Below are positions 27,073 through 35,620 of a DNA stretch of 64,000 bases, piece after piece. Each line of letters starts with the position of its first letter. Position 1 is the first letter of the stretch. This DNA is from Pseudomonas phage vB_PaeM_RyC23_M4LORT. The position numbers were made by a program, and so were the translations under genes. The notes beneath the pieces are model-generated. The model had not been told where the DNA came from, ran no database searches, and saw nothing but the letters and a program-made list of their open reading frames with translations. Location of the stretch: the sequence record PP781973.1, one strand, 5' to 3'.

Positions 27073-27375
27073 GACCAATTCTCCAGTTAAATGGAACCAC
27101 AGCGCGGTATCGCTGATCGCTACGCTTCCGCGCCATGGCCCTTCTTGCTCACAGACTTCGAACCACAAGCTGATTTCCATCCTTGCCAGGACTCGGCCGA
27201 AGGATTCGAGCCGGCGCCGACTGGACAGGATGTCGACATTCACTCGTCGATTGACCTCGTACCGGCGACCGTTGATGGCGAAGACCAGCCGCAGGGTTTG
27301 TCCGTCAAGACACTCCCAGTATCTGGTTTCACACCGAAGCCAATAGCGCTTGCCAGCCGGGCCTACCATGGTCAT
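27049..27375 (-). CDS. hypothetical protein
   Basis: 108 aa from MTMVGPAGKRYW; ATG directly abuts the upstream stop. Confidence 0.4.
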   Translation of the reverse strand: MTMVGPAGKRYWLRCETRYWECLDGQTLRLVFAINGRRYEVNRRVNVDILSSRRRLESFGRVLARMEISLWFEVCEQEGPWRGSVAISDTALWFHLTGELVHKCFTRR

Positions 27376-27376
27376 T

Positions 27377-28021
27377 TTAATCGATGCTCCTGGCCGCGCC
27401 ACGCGGTCCGGTCGGCGGGACGGGATCGAACCGACCCAGGATGTAGTCGGGCCGGCGCGCTTCCTGAGGACACACGGCGAGAAGGCGCCATCCTGCGTCC
27501 AGGGCAGACTGGAGTTCGTCCGTGCAGCAGTCTTCCTTGAGCAGCAGACGGTTGACGTTCTGGAGATTCGGACCAGGTATGGCCGATCCTGTGAGTGAGT
27601 TCCAACCCTCGATTCCACTCACCATCTCCGGTTGGTTGATGTAGCTTACGGACATACCGGCCAACCGGCTCGCGGCCAGCTCCAGACGCTCCAGCATGGG
27701 TCGCAGAGCAGCTTCCGGGTCAATGTCGTCCCAGAGAAGGACCAGGCTGATGATGGTATACGGATAGTCCTTGTCCAGATCCCAGGCTGAAGCGGTCAGA
27801 CGGCCCAGGCCGATTTCATTACACATCACGGGAACGTCGTTGCTCCAGATGGACGGCTCCCAGTTCCGCTCACCAGGATTCCCGATTGTTACGCCTTCCA
27901 GGTTCCCCAGGAGAACGTGGAGCTTGCTGACATATTCCGACTCCAAGACTTTCCGCTCTTCGTCGGTCTGGTTGTGGCGATAGAAGGATGGAGGGCTGAC
28001 TTTGGCATGGTAGAGTTTCAT
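27377..28021 (-). CDS. hypothetical protein
   Basis: 214 aa from MKLYHAKVSPP (ATG 28019-28021); no recognisable motif. Confidence 0.55.
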   Translation of the reverse strand: MKLYHAKVSPPSFYRHNQTDEERKVLESEYVSKLHVLLGNLEGVTIGNPGERNWEPSIWSNDVPVMCNEIGLGRLTASAWDLDKDYPYTIISLVLLWDDIDPEAALRPMLERLELAASRLAGMSVSYINQPEMVSGIEGWNSLTGSAIPGPNLQNVNRLLLKEDCCTDELQSALDAGWRLLAVCPQEARRPDYILGRFDPVPPTGPRGAARSID

Positions 28022-28258
28022 AACTGTTCCTCGGTTTTGGAAGATTTGAAAGTTAGAGAATGGTGTCGCAGTATTTCTCGAAAGGACTCTGGCGCTTCTT
28101 CTCGCAGATCGCGCAGGTGATTTACAGGTCGGGCAGCTCGCTGTAAGTCTTGCCGAGATACAACCAGCGCTTGCACAGACTGCGGCCGTCCGACGTGAAG
28201 AAGTGGACTTTGCGAGCATTGCCGGGTTGCGCCCAGCCGCTTGGTGCCGGCTTCCTGC

Positions 28259-28474
28259 TCATACCATCACCACGTCAATTTCGTCGGCGAAGAAGCTAAA
28301 GCCAACTCCATCTGCGTAGCCAGTGTAACGCAGACGAGTCGTCCCATCAATGTGGGCTTCCTCGACGCCGATGACTTCCAGGGTGGTATCGTTGCAGTAC
28401 AGCTTGACGAACATCTTGATGCCGGAGCCAATCGCCGCGAAGGCGATCTGCTTGTACAGGTCTTGCTTGATCAT
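28259..28474 (-). CDS. hypothetical protein
   Basis: 71 aa ORF. Confidence 0.4.
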   Translation of the reverse strand: MIKQDLYKQIAFAAIGSGIKMFVKLYCNDTTLEVIGVEEAHIDGTTRLRYTGYADGVGFSFFADEIDVVMV

Positions 28475-28671
28475 GCTTTACGCTCCTGTTTGCGGATGTA
28501 TTCTGCCCTGACTTCGGCTTCGTACTTCGCCCAGAGCGCGTTGTCTACTGGACCCCAGGGACCGGTCTGAGTTCCGTCCACCGGCGCGAACTTGCCACCG
28601 GCGCGACGATACTTGGACAGCGTTCTCAGGCTGATGATTTTCTCTTCTTGGGAATCGAATTGATCGATCAT
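28471..28671 (-). CDS. hypothetical protein
   Basis: 66 aa from MIDQFDSQEEK; ATGA overlap with the upstream stop; the long N-terminal extension would overlap gene 28668-28919. Confidence 0.4.
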   Translation of the reverse strand: MIDQFDSQEEKIISLRTLSKYRRAGGKFAPVDGTQTGPWGPVDNALWAKYEAEVRAEYIRKQERKA

Positions 28672-28919
28672 TTGACGTACTTCCCGAAATAGGAGGTGTG
28701 GAGGATTTCGCGACCTTTGGTGATGGCCTTGAGCTTGATTCCGAAATTCTTGATCGCCCAGTCCAGATCGTGGTGATAGAACTCGATGATGTTGACGATT
28801 TGACCGGCGCTGTAGTGGATGACGCGAACCTTGCCGTTCCAGCGGAAGTCTTCGCGGCTGTTTACGGCCTCGACTGCGATGGTGTCGTTTCTGCCGATGG
28901 TCCATTTTGAGCTAGTCAT
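28668..28919 (-). CDS. hypothetical protein
   Basis: 83 aa; SD AAGAGGA; directly downstream of the promoter at 28963-28991. Confidence 0.55.
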   Translation of the reverse strand: MTSSKWTIGRNDTIAVEAVNSREDFRWNGKVRVIHYSAGQIVNIIEFYHHDLDWAIKNFGIKLKAITKGREILHTSYFGKYVK

Positions 28920-28957
28920 GTCGCAATCCTCTTTTTGGAGTGTTTCGCGTTTCGATG

Positions 28958-29000
28958 AGGTAACTATACCTCAGTCACATCATCGAGTAAAGCACTTTTG
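28958..29000 (-). promoter_or_regulatory. sigma70-like promoter (minus strand), AGTGCTTTACT family
   Basis: minus-strand AAAGTGCTTTACT (-35 28986-28991), 17-nt spacer, -10 TATAGT (28963-28968); palindrome TGAGGTAtagtTACCTCA over the -10/+1, nested in CGATGA...TCATCG. Confidence 0.65.
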
Positions 29001-29031
29001 AACAGATTGTCTAAAATTTCTGGAAGACAAA

Positions 29032-29244
29032 TCAATCGGCCGCGTCATCGATAGCGAACGCCGATCGCGCCAGGTCGATGATCTCTGGCCATGTCAAAGT
29101 AAAGGTTTTGCCGTCATCACGAATGATAATTGGAGTCTGCAGCGGCTCGCCCACCAGCATTGTGTAGGTATGTTTCTCGCCGGATGCGGAGCCGATGCGG
29201 GTGCTTAAGGTGAGCGGGGATTCTTTGTGTACGGTGCCGATCAT
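29032..29244 (-). CDS. hypothetical protein
   Basis: 70 aa ORF. Confidence 0.4.
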   Translation of the reverse strand: MIGTVHKESPLTLSTRIGSASGEKHTYTMLVGEPLQTPIIIRDDGKTFTLTWPEIIDLARSAFAIDDAAD

Positions 29245-29287
29245 TGTTTCGTTCCTCGGTAATACCCGGAGAATCGGGCGCGTTGGA

Positions 29288-29518
29288 TTAGGCTTTGCCG
29301 CGACGGATTGTTACGCCGCATTCAGTAGTCACTTCCTTAGCGGCAGGATCGCGAACAAGATAAGCACAGGCGGCTTTGACATTCAAAGCTCGGGTTGCGC
29401 CGAGTTTGCAGGAAAGATCATTCCCCTCTTCGTCCCACAGATGGGCAATGCGAGAGATACAGCCCTTTTCTACTTCAGCTTCTACAGTTACGGACTGGTC
29501 AATGTTAAATACCGGCAT
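29288..29518 (-). CDS. hypothetical protein
   Basis: 76 aa from MPVFNIDQS with SD GGAGAG 6 nt upstream; the longer 29548 start would be nearly leaderless. Confidence 0.5.
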   Translation of the reverse strand: MPVFNIDQSVTVEAEVEKGCISRIAHLWDEEGNDLSCKLGATRALNVKAACAYLVRDPAAKEVTTECGVTIRRGKA

Positions 29519-29549
29519 CGCTTTCTCTCCGAGATTGTTCCGTTTCAAT

Positions 29550-29592
29550 GAGGTGACTATACCTCAGCAACCTCATTGAGTAAAGCATTTTC
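29550..29592 (-). promoter_or_regulatory. sigma70-like promoter (minus strand), AGTGCTTTACT family
   Basis: minus-strand ATGCTTTACT (-35 29579-29584), 17-nt spacer, -10 TATAGT (29556-29561); nested palindromes CAATGAGGT...ACCTCATTG around the -10. Confidence 0.65.
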
Positions 29593-29598
29593 TTCAGA

Positions 29599-29787
29599 TT
29601 ATCTGAAACCTTTTGAAGCCAGGAATTGTCGCCAGAGCCAGTCAACGTGATCGTTGAGGTAGCGCTCGCCATCGGAAGACAGAGCCAGGCAGCCATCCTT
29701 TATGCCGAGCTTGGAGCCTGCAATCCATTCGAATTCGAACTGGAGCGTTCCGGGCCTAGGGATATGGGACATGGCGTATTTCTGCAC
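29599..29787 (-). CDS. hypothetical protein
   Basis: 62 aa ORF. Confidence 0.35.
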   Translation of the reverse strand: MQKYAMSHIPRPGTLQFEFEWIAGSKLGIKDGCLALSSDGERYLNDHVDWLWRQFLASKGFR

Positions 29788-29789
29788 GG

Positions 29790-30476
29790 TCAGTGATCCT
29801 CAGAAGGTTTCGCGTTTGCGATAGCCGCTACTTTCTGCATACCGAGGCGATAGAAATCGGCTTCTTTCCTGGCTTTGGTAAGCTGCTCCATGGCGTCGCA
29901 CGCCGTCTTGTGCTGGGAATTGGCGTTCTTGATGCTGCCGTCCAGGCTCTTGTCTAACTCTTCCCGAAGAGCCTTCTGCGATGCTAGCTCGGCCTCCAAA
30001 TCCTGGATTCTGAGTTGAAGCTGGCGGTTCTGCTCGGCGACCTTGTCTTCGCGGGCTACGAAGTTCTGCAGGCGGTCGACAAGACGAGTATTTTCGCGCA
30101 CCAGCTGCTGTTTGGCGACTTTGGTCCTTCGCAGTTCTGCTCGCAATGCGGACAACTCCAGCGCATGCAGATCGGCGTCCGATTCTTGCGACTCTGCGGC
30201 CTGCTTATTGCGCAGATAGTATTGCCCAGCCGCGAAGGCGAGCAGTGCTCGGTCTGTATCCTTAACTGTCTTGGCCATGAAGTGGGCTCGATACAGAGGC
30301 GCGAACTTGCAGGCGTCTGGGTCCCAGGCCAGATTATCGGCCACAGGCCAGAATGCGCGAAAGCTTTTCGCATCGACATGCGCCTTGACCGTCTGCGATG
30401 CGCCCGACTCTTCGCAGATGATTTCCAGAGGGACATAAATGGCGTTCTTGATGCTTCGGAAAGAAATGGTGGACAT
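29790..30476 (-). CDS. hypothetical protein with C-terminal coiled coil
   Basis: 228 aa from MSTISFRSIKN (SD GAGGA); Q/L/R/E-rich heptads in the C-terminal half. Confidence 0.55.
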   Translation of the reverse strand: MSTISFRSIKNAIYVPLEIICEESGASQTVKAHVDAKSFRAFWPVADNLAWDPDACKFAPLYRAHFMAKTVKDTDRALLAFAAGQYYLRNKQAAESQESDADLHALELSALRAELRRTKVAKQQLVRENTRLVDRLQNFVAREDKVAEQNRQLQLRIQDLEAELASQKALREELDKSLDGSIKNANSQHKTACDAMEQLTKARKEADFYRLGMQKVAAIANAKPSEDH

Positions 30477-30530
30477 AACACAATCCTCATAAGAAGTCGC
30501 GGCCGGGACCATCCTGGCCGCGCATCGTAA

Positions 30531-30833
30531 TCACTCTTCGCCTTCGTCCGCGCTCAGCCACTCTTCGAAGGCGAAATTCACCTTCGACTCGACCCAATCC
30601 TGCAGCTCATCGGCGAACTCGTCACTGTCGATGTCCATCGGAATGCCCAGAGTCTCTTCGTTCCACAGTTCGGCATTCAGTTCGAACTGGATAGCCGGTT
30701 CGCCATCCACATTCAGCAGGGTGCGGTCTGCGACTTCATATTCGTCGACATCGAAGAGGAAACCGCCGCTGATGATGTGCTGGATGAAAGCTTCGTCGAA
30801 GTTGCTGACGCCGATATTGATCTGCTTAGTCAT
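30531..30833 (-). CDS. hypothetical highly acidic protein
   Basis: 100 aa; D/E-rich; DNA-mimic-like composition (inference only). Confidence 0.5.
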   Translation of the reverse strand: MTKQINIGVSNFDEAFIQHIISGGFLFDVDEYEVADRTLLNVDGEPAIQFELNAELWNEETLGIPMDIDSDEFADELQDWVESKVNFAFEEWLSADEGEE

Positions 30834-30847
30834 TTTTTCTGGCCCCT

Positions 30848-30993
30848 TATTTGGCGAGTTTGTACTGAGCTTTGAGGGTGGTCAGCTTAGCTTTCAGGGC
30901 GATCATAGCCTGGCCGCGCAGGCCTTCCATTTCTGCCTCGCTGATGGCGATCTTGGCGGAGCGGATTTGATCGTTGATCTGGGATTTGGTCAT
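30848..30993 (-). CDS. hypothetical small protein
   Basis: 48 aa (MTKSQINDQIRSAKIAISEAEM...), absent from the ORF track because it is under 60 aa; SD AGAGGAACG; promoter directly upstream. Confidence 0.4.
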
Positions 30994-31031
30994 TTCTGCG
31001 TTCCTCTGTTTTGGAGTGTTTCGCGTTCGAT

Positions 31032-31072
31032 GAAGAGATTATGACGCTATTCAGAATGGAAGTAAAGCAGAA
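31032..31072 (-). promoter_or_regulatory. sigma70-like promoter (minus strand), family member
   Basis: minus-strand CTGCTTTACT (-35 31061-31066), 17-nt spacer, -10 CATAAT (31038-31043). Confidence 0.55.
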
Positions 31073-31160
31073 TTGTGAAATATTTCTCAAAGTGGACGAA
31101 CGGTATGCCCCGTCAGGAATATTTCCTCCCATGGAAGGCATTTCCGCATCCGAATGTTGA

Positions 31161-31319
31161 TTAGGTATCCCAAAGCGCGCAGTGGCGAATGTGAGTCCGC
31201 ACGTACATAGGGTTGTATTGTGCGAAGTGCTCGACGGTCGCATCCAAGGCTCTGCTATTGCCGCACCCTTCCGCTTTGCGAGCCAGGAAGAATGCTTCTA
31301 TTTGCTGGTTTGCGTTCAT
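31161..31319 (-). CDS. hypothetical small protein
   Basis: 52 aa (MNANQQIEAFFLARKAEGCG...), under the ORF-track size cutoff; SD GGAGGGTAAG; promoter directly upstream. Confidence 0.4.
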   Translation of the reverse strand: MNANQQIEAFFLARKAEGCGNSRALDATVEHFAQYNPMYVRTHIRHCALWDT

Positions 31320-31353
31320 CGTCTTACCCTCCAGGTGTTTGTTCGTTTCGATG

Positions 31354-31394
31354 AAGAGATTATGCCGTTGGTCAGAATGGAAGTAAAGTGTATT
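31354..31394 (-). promoter_or_regulatory. sigma70-like promoter (minus strand), family member
   Basis: minus-strand CACTTTACT (-35 31383-31388), 17-nt spacer, -10 CATAAT (31360-31365). Confidence 0.55.
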
Positions 31395-31426
31395 AACAAT
31401 AAAATTATGTTCACCGACGAACGGTT

Positions 31427-32872
31427 GTGCTCGACCGTCTGTTGCGGCGTCGATATACTCGACCTATTGCTGACACCGGATTGATTAGAATGTACAAACT
31501 CAACCCTGCACTGCGAGCGGTCTGGCGAACTCGCGCCCGTTACAAAGTCATTTATGGCGGCCGGGCGTCTTCGAAGTCACACGACGCAGGCGGTATCGCC
31601 GTTTACCTCGCGGCCAACTATAGACTCAAGTTCCTCTGTGCTCGCCAGTTTCAGAACCGCATCAGCGAATCGGTCTACACGTTGATCAAGGACAAGATTG
31701 AGAATTCTGAGTACAACGGCGAGTTCATTTTCACGAAGAACTCGATCAAGCACAAGATGACCGGATCAGAATTCCTATTCTATGGGATCGCCCGTAACCT
31801 GTCGGAAATCAAGTCTACCGAAGGCATCGACATTCTCTGGCTTGAGGAAGCTCACTACCTGACCCAGGAGCAGTGGGAAGTCATCGAGCCGACCATCCGG
31901 AAAGAGAACTCAGAAATCTGGATCATCTTCAATCCGAACGAAGTGACAGACTTCGTGTATCAGAACTTCGTGGTGAAGCCACCCAAAGACGCCTTCGTCA
32001 AGATGATCAACTGGAACGAAAATCCGTTTCTCAGTGAGACGATGCTCAAGGTCATCCACGAAGCTTATGAGCGCGACAAGGACCAGGCCGAGCACATTTA
32101 TGGCGGGATTCCGAAGACTGGTGGCGACAAATCCGTCATCAATCTCAAGTTCATTCTTGCGGCCATCGACGCCCACAAGAAACTCGGCTGGGAGCCGGCC
32201 GGATCGAAGCGCATCGGCTTCGACGTTGCGGACGACGGCGAGGATGCGAACGCAACTACGCTCATGCACGGCAACGTCATTATGGAAGTGGACGAATGGG
32301 ACGGCCTGGAAGATGAACTGCTCAAGTCGTCCAGCCGCGTTTACAACCTGGCGAAGATGAAAGGCGCCTCGGTCACTTATGACTCCATCGGTGTCGGCGC
32401 TCACGTCGGATCGAAGTTCGCCGAGTTGAACGATGCCAGTCCCGACTTCAAACTGATCTATGATCCATTCAACGCGGGCGGCGCTGTCGATAAGCCTGAT
32501 GATATCTACATGAAGCTGCCGCACACGACGATCAAGAACAAAGACCACTTCAGCAACATCAAGGCGCAGAAGTGGGAAGAAGTCGCGACCCGATTCCGGA
32601 AGACTTATGAAGCGGTTGAGCATGGAAAGGTTTATCCCTTCGACGAATTGATTTCGATCAACTCTGAAACGATTCACCCGGACAAACTAAATCAACTGTG
32701 TATCGAACTTTCGTCGCCGCGCAAAGACCTGGACATGAACGGCCGGTTCAAAGTCGAGTCCAAGAAGGATATGCGCGAGAAACGCAAGATCAAGTCGCCG
32801 AACATCGCTGACTCGGTGATTATGTCGGCCATTCTGCCGATCCGGAAGCCCAAAGGTTTCTTCGACTTCTAA
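31427..32872 (+). CDS. terL: terminase large subunit
   Basis: 481 aa; Walker A IYGGRASSKSH, Walker B-like ILWLEEAH, C-terminal nuclease domain with acidic residues; Met22 (31490, MYKLNPAL) is an alternative start. Confidence 0.85.
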   Translation: MLDRLLRRRYTRPIADTGLIRMYKLNPALRAVWRTRARYKVIYGGRASSKSHDAGGIAVYLAANYRLKFLCARQFQNRISESVYTLIKDKIENSEYNGEFIFTKNSIKHKMTGSEFLFYGIARNLSEIKSTEGIDILWLEEAHYLTQEQWEVIEPTIRKENSEIWIIFNPNEVTDFVYQNFVVKPPKDAFVKMINWNENPFLSETMLKVIHEAYERDKDQAEHIYGGIPKTGGDKSVINLKFILAAIDAHKKLGWEPAGSKRIGFDVADDGEDANATTLMHGNVIMEVDEWDGLEDELLKSSSRVYNLAKMKGASVTYDSIGVGAHVGSKFAELNDASPDFKLIYDPFNAGGAVDKPDDIYMKLPHTTIKNKDHFSNIKAQKWEEVATRFRKTYEAVEHGKVYPFDELISINSETIHPDKLNQLCIELSSPRKDLDMNGRFKVESKKDMREKRKIKSPNIADSVIMSAILPIRKPKGFFDF

Positions 32873-32907
32873 ACACAGAAAGCCCGGATCGCTCCGGGCT
32901 TCGGGTC

Positions 32908-33291
32908 TTACTCGGTGTGGTTCCTGGCGCTGAGTGTCGACGCAACGGCCTCGCCGACTCCCAGGGCTTCCTGGCCGGCCGCGAGCGCTTCGGCTTCCGA
33001 CTCGACGATGAAATCATCACCTTGGCCATCGCCTGGCGGAACCTCGACCAGCACGGCTTCTTCGCCTTCGAACCGCAGGTCATAGGTCTTTTCGACGGAC
33101 AGACCGTAACGAGCGTTGAGCGCGTCCCAGAGCTGGGCCTCATAGGTCCGCAGGTCTTGCAGAGCTTTCTGGTGGCTGAGCATGGCCATGTCAACGGCCC
33201 GTTGCAGGGTTTCGTCCAGGACGTTGAATCGCATGCGAAGAGAACGAATCCGCTCGACCACTTCCGCATCCACTACATGCCTTTCGATCAT
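32908..33291 (-). CDS. hypothetical protein
   Basis: 127 aa ORF; ATGA overlap with the upstream gene. Confidence 0.5.
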   Translation of the reverse strand: MIERHVVDAEVVERIRSLRMRFNVLDETLQRAVDMAMLSHQKALQDLRTYEAQLWDALNARYGLSVEKTYDLRFEGEEAVLVEVPPGDGQGDDFIVESEAEALAAGQEALGVGEAVASTLSARNHTE

Positions 33292-33506
33292 CGCTTTTCA
33301 CCTTTGCTGAATGTAACGTTGTAGCCGTTGTCGGCCAGGTAGGTCAGGGCGCCTTCGAAGGAAGTTCCGACGAGGTGCTTTAGCTTCATTTCGCGTTGCG
33401 CGGCCAGCCAGAATGCAGTTCCGGAGAACTCGGCGCGGCCTTCGGCCAAGACCCTGCCATCAGGCCCGGCGATACGTACATGGACGGAAGATAGCTTGAT
33501 CGGCAT
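33288..33506 (-). CDS. hypothetical protein
   Basis: 72 aa from MPIKLSSVHV; ATGA overlap. Confidence 0.4.
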   Translation of the reverse strand: MPIKLSSVHVRIAGPDGRVLAEGRAEFSGTAFWLAAQREMKLKHLVGTSFEGALTYLADNGYNVTFSKGEKR

Positions 33507-33856
33507 CAGTGAATACCTCCACTGGCTTGCGACGGCATACTTTCGGCGCGCGCGGCTTCGCAGTCCGGGCAGGGACATGCTTGGCGGACGCGCTCCAGCT
33601 CGTCGGCATCCATGACATAGAGCTTCCCATCGGCAGTGTCGTGCGCCATGGCGATGTTCGGGAAGTCGGTGGCGCTCAGGCCGGCGACAGCGCGGATTTC
33701 GTCCCAAAGCACCAGATGCTCGGCATTCAGTCGGGCGGCGAGCGCTTCGTGCTCTTTAGCGACGCGCGCCATGAACTCGTCCATCCGGAATGCGAATTCC
33801 GCATCGATGGCACGGGCCGAGGCCATGGAGCTGAGTCGAATCGGTTCTTTCTTCAT
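33506..33856 (-). CDS. hypothetical protein
   Basis: 116 aa from MKKEPIRLSS; C-terminal CPCPDC. Confidence 0.45.
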   Translation of the reverse strand: MKKEPIRLSSMASARAIDAEFAFRMDEFMARVAKEHEALAARLNAEHLVLWDEIRAVAGLSATDFPNIAMAHDTADGKLYVMDADELERVRQACPCPDCEAARAESMPSQASGGIH

Positions 33857-33899
33857 GATGATTCTCTTTTGGTTGGTGGTTGTTCGCTGCTCAGGCCTA

Positions 33900-34298
33900 T
33901 TACAGTCTGAGAAGCATGATGAAGATGAACGCAAGGAACGCAAACGGCACAAGTATGCCGGACATCAGCTTTGACAGGCGCTGCATCTCAGCGTATTTCT
34001 CGGTTGACATTCCGTGCTGCGCCGCCTCAGCCGCGAAGCGGGCTTTCGCCTCGATAACTTCCGGGCGCAGCGACAGGACATATTCTAAGGCCTCTTCCCG
34101 CGCTTTTTCGGCCTCGACCAGCCTAGGGTCGCGGGCCGAGACTTCGCTGTACCCTGGCCTTGCGGGATGGGCCTGCAGCGATGGAGGAAGTTCGGCGGCC
34201 ACGACTCCATAGTCGGCGCAGGCCCAAGCGATCCCGATGAGGATCGCGAGGATGGACTGGACGATTCGCAGCATCACTTTGTCGCTAGGAAAGCCCAT
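33900..34298 (-). CDS. membrane protein (N- and C-terminal TM helices)
   Basis: 132 aa; hydrophobic segments at both ends. Confidence 0.5.
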   Translation of the reverse strand: MGFPSDKVMLRIVQSILAILIGIAWACADYGVVAAELPPSLQAHPARPGYSEVSARDPRLVEAEKAREEALEYVLSLRPEVIEAKARFAAEAAQHGMSTEKYAEMQRLSKLMSGILVPFAFLAFIFIMLLRL

Positions 34299-34300
34299 GG

Positions 34301-35080
34301 TTAATCCTCCACCGACCGAATGATTTCCATGTTGCGACCGGCATTGGCCCCGGCAGTGTAGGCGCGCCGACCGTCACTGTCGTCCAGACGCAGGAGTTTG
34401 GTAACATTCGACTTCTTGTAACCCGGATCGCCGAAATGTTCGTGGACCGCAGCTTCCTTAACCACCACCAGAGACGTTCCGGCAGAAGATACCAGCTCCA
34501 TACGCTTCCTGGTTATGGACTGAAGGCGATAGCTGATTTCCTGGGTCGCGGCCAGTTTGAATTGCGCGGCAACCTTTACGTTGAAACGTTCGTACCCTTG
34601 CGCCTTCTGATACTCCCGACACAGACGATCAATGGCCTCGACCAGGGAGTTGAACATGTTCACCGCCAGCTCAACGTCCGACTTGTAGCCTTTGAAGCGT
34701 ACGGCATGACCCCAGCGCTTGGTAGTGCTTCCGTCGCGGGCGCTCCTGGATGCCTTAGCCGATGCTCTGTGGTTGTTGATGCCACCGGCGAAATCCATGA
34801 TGCAGTCATTGTACGTCGCCACGGCCACTGAGAAAAACTTCATCCAGTTCGGGATTGCGGAATAGTAACGAGTGGCAATTTGCTCATCGAACTCTTCGCG
34901 AATCTCGCCGGTAGCTTCGAAGTCGTGAAGGTCATATTTGTCCTTCAACTTCTTCACACGCTCGGCTGCGATGGCCGCTTCGTGCGGACTGGAAGAGTCG
35001 GCTGCCATGGCGGTCAGTTTGCGGATGCGGTCTTTCGCCTTCTCGATGGCTTCAGGGGTGAATTCGTTCTGGTCGGTCAT
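34301..35080 (-). CDS. hypothetical protein
   Basis: 259 aa ORF downstream of the promoter at 35125-35153. Confidence 0.6.
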   Translation of the reverse strand: MTDQNEFTPEAIEKAKDRIRKLTAMAADSSSPHEAAIAAERVKKLKDKYDLHDFEATGEIREEFDEQIATRYYSAIPNWMKFFSVAVATYNDCIMDFAGGINNHRASAKASRSARDGSTTKRWGHAVRFKGYKSDVELAVNMFNSLVEAIDRLCREYQKAQGYERFNVKVAAQFKLAATQEISYRLQSITRKRMELVSSAGTSLVVVKEAAVHEHFGDPGYKKSNVTKLLRLDDSDGRRAYTAGANAGRNMEIIRSVED

Positions 35081-35119
35081 GGTCGGTTCCTTTTGTCTGA
35101 AGGGTTTCGCATTTCAATG

Positions 35120-35160
35120 GAGCTATTCTGCCTTCATTCAGAATGGAAGTAAAGCACTTT
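35120..35160 (-). promoter_or_regulatory. sigma70-like promoter (minus strand), AGTGCTTTACT family
   Basis: minus-strand AAGTGCTTTACT (-35 35148-35153), 17-nt spacer, -10 CAGAAT (35125-35130; weaker). Confidence 0.45.
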
Positions 35161-35166
35161 CTTCCA

Positions 35167-35604
35167 CTATTTCGGCATCGACTGGAAGAAATTCCAGATC
35201 CAATCACCTGCTACCAGCAAGAGGATGAGGGCGGCAAAGAACAAGACAGCGGCCGCGAGCTGTGCGCCCGGCTTCAGTTTGGGATGGCTGAGCTTGGGCT
35301 CTACGGGAACGGCCGGAGCGCTAGCGCTGCAACCGGCGTCTCCTGGGCCGTAGCCGATGCCGCGTTCACACGCCTGGAACGACACCAGGGATTTAAGATA
35401 CTCGGTCTGCTTTTGCGACTCTTCGTAGATGCCGGCGACGGCGAACCAGAGGGCGAACACTACTGACGTACACACAACCCAGGCGCCGGTCAGCAGGAGG
35501 GCCAGCGGGCCGATGACGAAGACGGTAGCAGCCAGGACGATTGCGCCGCCCCAGATGATGAAGCCGGCCAGACCATTAGTGATGTCGACACAGAACTTTT
35601 TCAT
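35167..35604 (-). CDS. membrane protein (multiple TM)
   Basis: 145 aa from MKKFCVDITNGLAGFIIWGG; 3-4 hydrophobic helices. Confidence 0.5.
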   Translation of the reverse strand: MKKFCVDITNGLAGFIIWGGAIVLAATVFVIGPLALLLTGAWVVCTSVVFALWFAVAGIYEESQKQTEYLKSLVSFQACERGIGYGPGDAGCSASAPAVPVEPKLSHPKLKPGAQLAAAVLFFAALILLLVAGDWIWNFFQSMPK

Positions 35605-35620
35605 TTTCAGATTCCTTCGG

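Noticed and set aside
30887-31243. 118-aa minus-strand ORF
   Set aside because: Spans two promoters and two short RBS-equipped genes (30848-30993 and 31161-31319). The long frame has no RBS.
31910-32677. 255-aa minus-strand ORF
   Set aside because: Antisense to the large terminase gene.
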